DNA from: Monocercomonoides exilis PA203
Taxonomy: Eukaryota > Protista > Preaxostyla
DNA length: 64,000 bases
Reading direction: 5' to 3'
Assembly: GCA_001643675.2 (NCBI GenBank)
Contig: LSRY02000042.1
Coordinates: 620,001-684,000, forward strand
The notes beneath the pieces are model-generated. The model saw only the letters and a list, made by a program, of their open reading frames with translations, did no database searches and had not been told where the DNA came from. How positions within the stretch are numbered: position 1 is the first letter of the stretch; each line of letters begins with the position of its first letter. Made by a program: the position numbers and the translations under genes. This document shows, piece by piece, positions 36,939 to 47,900 of the stretch.

Positions 36939-38144
36939 ATGACATCTCGCAAGCTCTTTTACAAGAATGCCGATCTCAAGGATCAGACCATCGTTATGCG
37001 TGTGGACTTTAACGTGCCACTGAAGGCAGATGGAACAGTTGACGATCCCGCACGTATTCATGCAGCTATTCCCACCATCAAGCACATTTTGTCAGTTGAG
37101 GGAACAAAGCTGATTCTTATGTCACATCTTGGTCGCCCAGATGGAAAAGTTAAGCCAGAGATGTCACTGCGCCCCGTTCTTCCAGTGTTGGAAAAAGAAT
37201 TGGAAGGAAAATATGTTGTCAAATTCAGCCCTGATTGCCAAAAAGCAGAAGCTGATGTTGCAAGCCTGAATGTACATGAAATCCTTCTTTTGGAAAATCT
37301 TCGCTTCTACGCTGCTGAAGAGAAGAACGTTGCCGAGTTCGCTCAGAAACTCGCATCATACGGAACATTCTATATCAACGATGCCTTCGGAACAGCTCAT
37401 CGTGCTCATGCTTCAACTGAAGGTATCACCAAATACTTCCCAGGAAAATGCGCATGCGGTGAATTGATGGGATTGGAAGTTAAATTCCTTGATGGAGCAA
37501 CTTCAAATCCAGTCCGCCCATTTGTTGGAATTCTTGGTGGAGCAAAGATCTCTGACAAATTGAATGTTGTCAGAAATCTCGTCCAGAAAGTTGACAAACT
37601 TATCATTGGTGGAGGTATGGCTTACACCTTCATCCGCGCCCAAGGAAAAGAGGTCGGAATGTCTCTCATGCAAGCTGATAAACTCCGCATGTGCGCTGAT
37701 CTGTTGAAGGAATACGGAGACAAGATTGTTCTTCCAATTGATGCTATGTGCTGCGAGAAAGTTGACTTCAAAGGCCGCAAATGCTCTGAACCAGTCCCTC
37801 ATTCAATGGATGACATTCCAAGCAACATGGAATGCGTTGATATTGGTCCAAAAACAATGGAACTCTTCACTGACATCCTTCGCACAGCTAAAACCGTTGT
37901 CTGGAACGGACCAATGGGTGTGTTCGAGATTGAGGAATTGTCAAGAGGTACCTTCCACATTGCAAAAGTTCTTGCTGACATCACAAAGGAAGGAGCAATC
38001 ACCATTGTTGGAGGAGGTGACTCAGCATCAGCTGTCTTGAAGAGCGGTGTTGCTGTGTCCCACGTTTCAACAGGAGGAGGAGCTTCACTCGAATTGTTGG
38101 AAGGAAAGAAACTTCCAGGTGTTGAAGCTCTTACTGATGCATAA
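36939..38144 (+). CDS. PGK: Phosphoglycerate kinase, intronless
   Basis: RVDFNVP, SHLGRP, LLENLRF, NDAFGTAHRAHAS, GGAKISDK, WNGPMGVFE, GGGDS and HVSTGGGASLELLEGKKLPG motifs. Confidence 0.98.
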   Translation: MTSRKLFYKNADLKDQTIVMRVDFNVPLKADGTVDDPARIHAAIPTIKHILSVEGTKLILMSHLGRPDGKVKPEMSLRPVLPVLEKELEGKYVVKFSPDCQKAEADVASLNVHEILLLENLRFYAAEEKNVAEFAQKLASYGTFYINDAFGTAHRAHASTEGITKYFPGKCACGELMGLEVKFLDGATSNPVRPFVGILGGAKISDKLNVVRNLVQKVDKLIIGGGMAYTFIRAQGKEVGMSLMQADKLRMCADLLKEYGDKIVLPIDAMCCEKVDFKGRKCSEPVPHSMDDIPSNMECVDIGPKTMELFTDILRTAKTVVWNGPMGVFEIEELSRGTFHIAKVLADITKEGAITIVGGGDSASAVLKSGVAVSHVSTGGGASLELLEGKKLPGVEALTDA

Positions 38145-38320
38145 GAAAATGAAGTAGCTTTAGGTTTGTTACATAATTAAAAATATGTATATTTTTATAT
38201 TTTTGAGAGAAATGATAAAAGTGAAAGAAAAAAAAATGAAATGAAAAAGATAAAAGAATGATGAACTATATCAATTGTCATCAAATTTATAAATTGTCTC
38301 AATGATGAAAACAAAATACA

Positions 38321-38410
38321 CAAGGAAAGTTGATTCGAACCCACTTTCTCATGTCGAGAAATAACTTCATACCTCGTAGTATGAAGTCGTCTTAGAGACT
38401 GATTAACTTT
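38321..38410 (-). ncRNA. tRNA(Leu/Ser)-like structured element or tRNA pseudogene
   Basis: Minus strand has TCTAAGACG (D-arm-like), a 9-10-bp hairpin, TTTCTC-GACAT-GAGAAA (long variable arm), GTGGGTTCGAATC (T-loop/B-box) and a downstream TTTT. No canonical anticodon loop or acceptor stem. Confidence 0.45.
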
Positions 38411-38913
38411 AATTTATTCAATATTTTATTAATTATTTTATCTTTGGCAATATTTTCACAATTGATTATAATTTCTTTGTCCATTCCATTTTTTCTATAT
38501 GCTGCTTTTTATTTATCAGACTACCGATTTCTTCTTAAGCAGTAAATGAAGTAGTTATTTTTTGAAGTTTTTAATTTGCACTTATTCTATTGTCTCTATT
38601 TAACCTTTCACCAAATATATTAAGTACTTTGACAACAAGTTATGTAATGGAAATAAAGCATTTTTATTAAATCATTGTAATAAACATGTTATCAGAACAT
38701 AAAAGAATAAGAAAAATTAAAAGAAAAGAAATAAAAATGTTGAACAAAATAATAAAACTTTTGGATAACAATTAATATCACAAGATGAGATAGAATGATA
38801 ATATTTCATAATAACACAAAAGAAAATAAAACATAGTGAATAGCAACAATTCAATCAGCACATTTGAAGTTGTGTGAAATGAGCATCTATCCATTCTACG
38901 CTAAAGAAGGCTC

Positions 38914-41900
38914 TCATTTCTGTTTAATAATTGCTTTTGGAACATAACCAGATTTGCCATCATTTTTGACAACATAAAACCATCCGTCTTGATTCTCATT
39001 GATAAACATCACATTTTCTCCCTTTTGCACACTCACGTCGCTGTTGCTCTTTGCTGTGTAGTCAGAAAGCGCCTAAAATGGAGTATTGATTTATCATTTA
39101 ATTTGATTTCAGTTTTTCATTTTAGAAAATTATTTGTAATAAAATAAATAATCAACGTAAAAATTTCAAATGAAAAAAAATATTGCATTAAATAAAGTGA
39201 ATCAAACCTGTCCGTTCACAAGCTCTGCATATTCATCCTCTTCGTCGTCGTCTTCTTCTGGTTCCTGTTTGCTTTTGCTTTCTTTTTCGCGCTTTTCCTT
39301 TTCCATTTTCTCTCTTTTCTCTCTCTCTTCTTTCTCCTTCTGTTCTTTTGCTTTCCTCTCCTTCTCTTCTCTTTCTCTCTTCTCCATCTCCTCCTTCTCC
39401 TTTTTGTCTCTCGAACTCTTAAACAACCCTCCCTTCTCTTTCTTTGCTCCTCTCCTTCTTTCCATCTGCCTTTTTGCCTCCATCCTTCTCTCTGCCTCAA
39501 TCCAACATGCTGAAATAAGAAAGGCAGCTTCTGTTTCTTGTTCAACAAGCTCCTTTTTCAGGCTCTCCATCACCCTTTTCGAACTCACTCTCCGTTTGTA
39601 GTCCTTCCACGTTGCACAAATCAATTGCACCCCCCGCTTTTGCCACATCTCCCTTTCAGCTTGCTCTTTCTCTCTCTTTTCCTTCTCCTCTGCCTCTCTC
39701 TGCGCTTTCTTTCTCTTCTCCATTTCCGCTTTCGCCTTTTGTCTATTCTCGCGACTGCTCCACGCCAAAGATATCAGCGTGGCTGAATCCTGTTCGTCTC
39801 CTTCGTTCATCGACCTCCAATCTTGCATGTCGCTTTCGGCATCTTCGCGCACATTCTTCGCAGTCCACAGACGAGAGATCAATGCAGCAGCTGCTTTCAT
39901 TTTCTCTGTTGCTTCTTCCTGTTTCTGAGCAAATGCTATCGATGATGAAATCTTCTGTCTTTTGCCTTGCCATTTGTATGATATGAATTTGGCTGAATCA
40001 ATCTGCTTATTGCGTTCTTTTTCATTACGGCTTGTGAGTTCTTCCAAAGATGCTTGATAAGACAAATGGCTCATCCACTTCTTCATCATTTCTTCTGCTG
40101 CCTTTTGTTCTATTTGTGCTAGCATTTCTCTTCTTTGAAGAAGAACTGTTTTTCCATCATTTGCTTTTGCTCTTTCTGCCCACAATGAACAAATAAGATT
40201 AATTGACTCAATTTGCGTCTGCTTCCATTTTGATCGTCTTTCATTCAAATGATTCAATGCGCCAACTTCTTCATTATGATTTCTCCATTTTTGAGAGATG
40301 ATTCCTGCACTTTCTGCTTCTTTCTTTTCGTCTTCCTTTCTTTTCTCTTCCATCTCCATCTTAGCCTTCTCGACTGTCTTCATCTCTTTCCATTTTGTTG
40401 CGATTATTGCTGCTGACTCGATTTCAACTTGTTCATCCTTTTCTTTTCTCTGCTTCATTTCTTCGATTCCTTTTCTTCGCATTTCACAATTCTTCCATTC
40501 AGATGTAATAACAATTCCTTTATTCTTCTCTTCTTCTTCCCACTCATTTTTCCTTTGTTTCATTACCTTTTCTCCTTCTTTTCTTTTCTCCATATTTCCC
40601 CACCACATTAACATCATTTTTGAAGCTTCAATTTCTTTCTTTTCGTTTGCCATTCTTCTGCCTATGATTTCTTCTTTTGCATTTCTTCTTTGTATTTCAT
40701 TCCTCCAGTCTTTAGTTATTTGTGCAGCTTTATGCTTTTCCGCTTGATCTTCTTCGTCTCTTCTTCTTTCGAGTTCTTTGGCAGAATACCTTTGGATCAG
40801 CAAATTTGCATAGCGTTGACTCAACACACTGCCTGAATAGAATCTTCTTTCTTTGTCTTTGTCCAATTTCTGTTGTAACACAGATTGAGCAGAATGTCTT
40901 TGACTCATCTTCTTCCATTGATTTGACAGCAAAGCTGCTGATTGAGTTTCTGTCTCAAATAATTTGCTCTTATTTTGCTTTGTGATTTCTGCGGCTTTTC
41001 GTCTTTGTATCAAATTGTTCATTTGACAAGTTATAATTGAAGCTTGTGTTTTTTCTTCCGCTTTCACATTTTCTCTCTCCTTTTCCATTCCTTCTTCTCC
41101 TTTTCTTCTTTCGATTGCATTCATCCATTGCCTCCCGATAACTAATGCTGCTTCTTTTTCGATGTTATCATTTTCTTTTCTCTTTTCCGCAATAACTCTT
41201 TCAGAGTTAGTTCTCATGTTCATTCTTCCAATGTGCTTAGCAATCAACTTTGCTGATTCTAATTCCAATGCCATTAATTCTTCTCTCCTTTTCCTTGCGT
41301 TCTGTTCTGCTTTTCCTCTCAACTGAACATCACTCCATTTTTTGGAGATAAAATCAGCTGAATTCTCTTTCTCCTCCTCCCAACTGCCAACTTTATCAAC
41401 AAACATCACTTTTCTTGCCTTTTTCTTGAGTAACACATTTCTGTAGCTGTTTGATATGACTGCTGCCATTCTGCTTTCAAGTGCTTCATTTTCTTCCTTT
41501 TTGATGTTCATCGCATTTTTTGCATTATTTCGAGAAATGGTTGATTCCCACATTTGACTTATCATTATCGCTGATTGTTCACGTGCTTCATTGCCTTCAG
41601 ATACTCTTTCGAACAATATTTGCTTTGACTTCTGTCTTTGTTCTGTGTTCATCCAATGCTTGCTGATTAATGCTGCTTCTCTTATCTGCTTCTCAAAATC
41701 TTCTTTTCTTTTGCTTTCTGTCTGTTCTTTGGCATAATTGACATTCATCTTTCTTCTCCATGTCTCTGCAATTAATGATCCAACTTCTCTCTCTTTCTTT
41801 TCTTGCTGCATTCTCTTTCCATTCATCTCTTCTTGCGAACGAATCCGACTTATTCTTTTTGCCCAGATCTTCGAAATGATGAATGCAGACAGCAGCCTTT

Positions 41901-44900
41901 CTTCATCGTCCTTCTGCTCATTCAGATGCAAAGTGTCTAAGGCATCTCTTCGATCCATCACATTCAACCAGAATTCGCTTATTAGCAATGCTGACTCTCT
42001 TTGGTTGTCAATATATTTCTCTCTCAGTTGTTTCATCTCATTTTTAGCTTGTTCTCTTTGCAAGTAATTCTGCTGTTGTGATTTGATGAATTTTGCAGCT
42101 GATATTTCCTCTGAAAGAAGGGTGCCTGTTTGCTCCAGCATTCTTTCTTTTGCTTTGTTTCTGACAACTTTGTTTGAATATGCCTCACTTATGATCTTAG
42201 CAGCTTTCGCTTCTTCCTCTTTGTTCTGTTCTTTCTTCTTCAAATATTCTGTTTGAGATTTTTGTCTCAAAATTGCTTTTTTCATTGACTTTTCAATTAT
42301 GCTTACAGCGTTAATCTCTCGAAGCTCACATATTCTGCGTTCTGCTTCATTTCTTTGATTGACTCTTGCCCAATACTCACTCAACAATATAGCTGCTTTG
42401 CTAATTCTATCGTTGTATTCATTTCTTTTCTCTTCCAAATATTCTTTTGCCTTCTCACGATTCATTTTCCTCCTCCATCCATCAGATATAAGCAATCCTT
42501 GAGTGATTTCAATGATTTCCTGCTTCTCCCTTTCCTTTGTCATTCTCTCTCTTGACTTGTCACGTTCATTCTTTGCAGTCCAAATGCTGGAGATGAAATT
42601 TGCTGATTTTGCTTGAGTAATTCTGTCTTCTTCTTTCTTTTTGTTCATTTCCGATTGGCTGGATTGCCTTTCATTCATATTCACCCACCATTTCTCAATT
42701 AAAACAGCAGATTGAATAAGATTGTTGTTGTATTCTTGTTTGTGCTGCTCATAAACTTTCATTGCTTCGTCTCTCTTTGTCTTTTTAGCCCATCCAATTC
42801 CAATTTGCTTCGCTGAGGAGAATTCAGCTGCTGAATGATTGCCTGATTGCATCATTAACACTTCCTTTGCTTTGTTTCTGGAGATCCGGTTGACAAAAGA
42901 CTGATAAATTGTTCGAATAGCTTCAATTTCTTTGTTTTTCACTTCTTCCATCAGTTTTGTGTGAATGATTTGAGCTTTTAGTTTCTGTGTGAGTGAAATC
43001 CAGTGAGTTGAAATAAAAGCAGCAGAATTTTGCTCCTTTGAATTCTGTTCATTCTGCAAAGCTTCTAATTGTTGTTGTGCAAATTCTCTATTTGTCTTCC
43101 TCTGCCACATATTTGTTATATTCCATCCAGCATTTCTTTCTCTTTCTCCTTGTACCTTTGCTTTTCTTTGCAGTTGCTCATTCGATTGCATTCGTATTGT
43201 TGAGTTCATCCATTGCGATGAAATATAACTGGCTGATTCATTTCTGCTTATCCTATCACTTTCCTGCCTTTGTTGAATAACATTCTGACTGTTAATTCTA
43301 TCAACCATGTTTAATCTTCCTCTCATAATCAGTTTAGCAGATGATATTTGCTTCATTTCATCCTCTTTAATGTGCTTCTCCTTCATCTCCATCGCTACAT
43401 CTCTGTTTTCCTTCTTCCTCCATCCAACACAGATAATTGAAGCTGCGTGTATTTCTTCTGTCAAAAGCCCTGTTGACAGCTCAGTCACAGTCATCTTTGC
43501 TTTCTCTCTTGTTTTCATGTTGGAAAAGGCCAATTGAATCAACTTAGCTGCATTTCTTTCCTTTTCGTCTGCTTCCTTTTGCAATCTAATCAATTCGGAA
43601 CATGCAAAATTGCGTGTTTTTGCATTATTCAAAGCAAGAAGAAGGATATTTGCGGAATATTTCTCGTTTTCTTTCTGCTTTTCTCTTCTATTCCACATTT
43701 CTTTTTCAGATATTTCTCTTTGTTTGCTTTTCAACCAGTCGTTTATAACAAGACTTGCTGATTCTTTTTCTTTGTTCTCCCACTCAATTCTCAAATTGCT
43801 CATTTCTTTCTCAGAACTCCTTCTCTTCATCGTCAATCTCCAAAAATGAATGATTTTCTTTGTTTCTTCAATCTCTTCCTTTTGTAACACATCCATTCTT
43901 CTTCTCATTTCTTCTGTTGCTTCCAACCTGCACTTGAATTCCTTCAATTTGTTTGATACAATCAACGCTGAATTCTTTCTGTTTTCTTTATCTTCTTCTC
44001 TTCTCCTCTCAAATTCCTCTTTCTTTTTTTCTCTTTCCATTTTGTCTTCCCATTTCACAGAAATCTCTTTTGCTGCTTTTCTCTCTCTCATTTCATCACC
44101 CATGCTCAACTCTTCCTTCATCTGCATCGCTTCCTCTCTTTTCAGTTGATTTCTCCTTTGTTTTGTTATAAATTCAGCAGATTTCTCTTCTTTTATTTTG
44201 TTTTCTGCTTCTTTTTCTGCTTTCGCATGAATCGCTTTTCTCCTCTCAAACATTCTAACTAAAGAAAGAGAAACCAAAATGGACGAATTTATTTGTTTAG
44301 TTGTGTCTTCATCTTGTTTGTGCTTTATTTCATTCTGTGCATCCAATCGAGTTGAATACCCTTCCCATTTGCGAGAAATGACTTCTGCACTCTCTGCTTC
44401 TTTCTCTTCATTTGCCTTTCTCTTCTCTTCCATCATCATTCGAGAACATTCAACTGTCTTCATCTCTTTCCATTTCTTTGTTATTATCTCTGCTGATTCT
44501 TTTTCATCTTTTTCATTCTTTTCTTTCCTCATCTTCAGTTCTATTTCTGCTCTTCTTCTCATCTCACAATCCATCCATTTCATGTTGATAACACCTCCTT
44601 TTCTCCTCTCCTCTTCTTCCCATTCGTTTTTCTTCTCTTCCAAATTTCTTTCCCCTTCTCTTCTCTTTTCCATGTTCCCCCACCACAACACCATCAATTC
44701 CACTGCTTCTGCTTCAATCTTGACACATCCTGTTTTCTTTTGATACATCATATTCGAAGCATCTTTCTTGTCTTTGTAGTTTTGAAGAGCTTTTTGAATG
44801 ACTTCTGCTGCTTCTTTCTCTTCCTCCTGGTTTATTTTATTTCTGTTGTCATATTCTTCTTTGGACTGAGTAACCAACACGAAAAGATTCCATTGTTTTG

Positions 44901-47900
44901 AGAGAATAGAAGCTGAATACTTTTCCTTTTCACTCCATCTCTCTCTTTTTTCACTCAAAACATCTTTTGATTCTCTTCTCCTCAGCATATTTGCCCATCC
45001 ATTTACAATCACATTCAATGAAGAAATAACTTTTTGTCGATTTTCTTCTCTTCTTTCTTCCAACTCTTCTTCTGCTAATTCTCTCCTTTGTTTATCCTTC
45101 CACGAAGCAGAAATAAGAGAAGAAGCATATTCTTCGTCTTCCTCTTGTTTGACTTTCAGTTCCTTTATGATTTCACTCGCCTCTCTTTTCATCTTCAGCT
45201 TCTTCAATCCATCAGCAATGAACATCATTGCAATAGCCATAATTCTGTCTTCTCTTCTCTTCCTCATCTCCTTCCACCCTTCCTCCCTCTTCTCCTTCTC
45301 TCTCCACTCCTCCATCACCCTCATTGCACTTTCGATTTCCCTTCTCTCTTCTTCCCTTCTCCTCTCCTCCATCTCCTTCTTCGCTTCTTCCGATGCCTTC
45401 TTCGCACTCCATCTGCTTAGTATCCTTTTTGCTGCCTTTTTTTGCTTAGCTTCTTTTATCTTCTGCAGATGTTGTGTCGTTATAAGCGAAAGATGATCCA
45501 AACGGCTCTTTCTGGCGGCTTCTGATGGAGACAGAGGAATTTGATGCTCTTCTTCTTTCTCTCTTTCTTCTTTTCCTCTTTCTTCTTCTTCTCTTTCAAT
45601 TCCTTTTTCTTCTTCCTTTTTATCATCAATTTGCTTAATATTTGGTGTTTTCACTCCAGACAATTCATTTTGTATGCTCAAAGAAGTAATTGTATTGTCA
45701 TTTTCCTTTGGATTTGGCTGTATCAACAGTGAGCTGTTTGAAAGATGTAGCATTCTAGCGACTGATGGACAGTTCATCAGAATTGGCGAGAGAAGAGGCT
45801 GTGGAGGAACAATATCTTCATATTCTTCGTCAATTTTGAGCTTTTCTGACTTTGCTTGCTTTTCTTTCTTTTCTGATTTAAAATTTCTTGTTTTGTTTGT
45901 ATTTTCTGATGTTACTTCGTTTTCTATTAGAATGTTAGTGTTTTCTTCCTCCAAATGTCCATTGCTCATTTCAGTCTGTCTTTTAACCTCTTTCTCGCTC
46001 TGCACAAAAAAAGACTCTTCTGAAAGATTTCCTTTTGCTTCTTCGATTTCTTCATTTTTGAATTCTTTCACTTTCTCTACTTCTTCTTCTTTTGTTTCTT
46101 CATCTGTTTCACTTCCACTCATTTTGATTTTTGTTTCTTCTTCATAACCATCTTTTGATTCAACACTTCGATTTTCCAAATTTTCATTAGCTGTTTCAAC
46201 AATAGTGGTACCTCTTCTTTCATCATCATCATCTTCTTCTTTTTCTTCCTTTTCTTCTTCTGCTTCATCTTCAACCATTTTATCTCTTTTCTCCTTCTTC
46301 TCCTCTTCCTCTTCTCCGTCATCATGTTGATGATGCATTTCAATTTCTTCTTCTCTTCCTCTTTCTATTTCATCATCTTCTCCTCCCTTTTCTTCTTCCT
46401 CTTCTTCTCTTCTTCCTTCTTGTTCTTCTTGTGTGCTATCTGAAGTATCTTCATTGATATCCCCATTTTGTGACAGAGGAGATGAGATGCTCAAAGAAGA
46501 AGGCGATGTTGGAGAAAGAACATTGTTAGAAAGAGATGAAGAAGGAGAAGAAGGAGAAGGAGAAGAAGAAGAAGAAGAGGAGGAGGAGGAGGAAGAAGAA
46601 GTTATTGTTAATGCGGAAGCGAAATAAGGTGGAGGAGGGGTGGAGAAAGAGGAAGGAGAAGCTAAACAAGAAGAAGAATGATGAGAAGGCAGAGGCGTTT
46701 GCTCTTCTGTTGAAACGAGTGTGGAATCAGTTGAATTCTCAGTCGAATGAAGAAGAGAAGAAGATGAAGAAGAAATGTTTTGATTGGATGAAGATAAATT
46801 AGAGGAAGAAGAAGAAGAGGAGGAGGAAGAAGAGGAAGAAGAAGAAGAATTCTGCTCAAATGAACCAGATGGAGAATGAGGAGTTAAAAGAGGATTCACA
46901 TTGACTTCATTTTCTCCACTGCTATTTTCTGTTCTTTCTTCATCATCATCATCTTCATAATTATTATTATGATTTTTGTTATTATTGTCTTCTTCTTCTT
47001 CTTCTTCTTCCTTTTCCTCTTCATCTGCTTCTTCTGTTCCTTCATCTTCTGCTTGTGTGTTATCTTCAGTTGGACAACTCATTTGACTCATGTATTGCTG
47101 AAATATCTGAGTGCCCACAACAGATGGATCAGGTGTTGAGGCAAAAGACGATGAAGACGAAGAAGAAGATGAAGCTGAAGCTGAAGCAGAAGCAGAAGAA
47201 GAAGATGATGAAGAAGCAATAGAATGAGCATTCATTCCATTGGTATAAACATCTTCATCATCATTATCATCTCTATTTCTGGATGTATTTTGATGAGAGA
47301 AATATTCAGTCAAGGAAGATGTGAAGAGGGCATTGGGAGAGCTTATCAATTGAGGCATTTGACTTTCTGATTGCTCAAAAGAAGAAGAAAAAGATGATGA
47401 TGATGATGATGAAGCACATTTCAATGGAGATATTTCAGAGGAAAAAGAAGATGAATCAGAAGATACTTCATTCATGTTGTTCATATCTTCCTTTTCGCAC
47501 ATTTCATATTTTTCGCCTCTTTCGATTGCTTTCATTGAATCATCGTCTGGTTCTCTTATTCCTTTCTCGTCATTTGGAATGAAGATGACTTGTGTGCTGG
47601 ATATCATCGAATTCTCTTCGGCTGCTTCTAAAATGGAACACGAAGAGGAAGAAGAGGAAGAAGCAGAAGCAGAAGCAGAAGCAGAGGAAGAAGAAGAAGA
47701 AGAAGAAGAAGCAAACACATTTGAATAATATTCCTCGCTGCTCATATCGATCATCTCGATGGCATCAACAAGAAATGTGTCATTTGGCGGGGGAGTCTTA
47801 AACACATGATGCGAATAGCAGCATTCCTCTTCCATTTCTGTGGAAGAGGAAGAAGCTGATGCTGAACAATTGCCATCTTCTTCTTCTTCTTCTTCTTCTT

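Noticed and set aside
38321-38410. Functional tRNA (including tRNA-Sec via CTTCA) or U2 snRNA (GTAGTA)
   Set aside because: No 7-nt anticodon loop in the right position, broken T-stem and acceptor stem, and no U2 flanking consensus.
39470-45440. True nebulin or myosin/tropomyosin homology
   Set aside because: No SDxxYK motif and no motor domain; the similarity to nebulin is architectural only.
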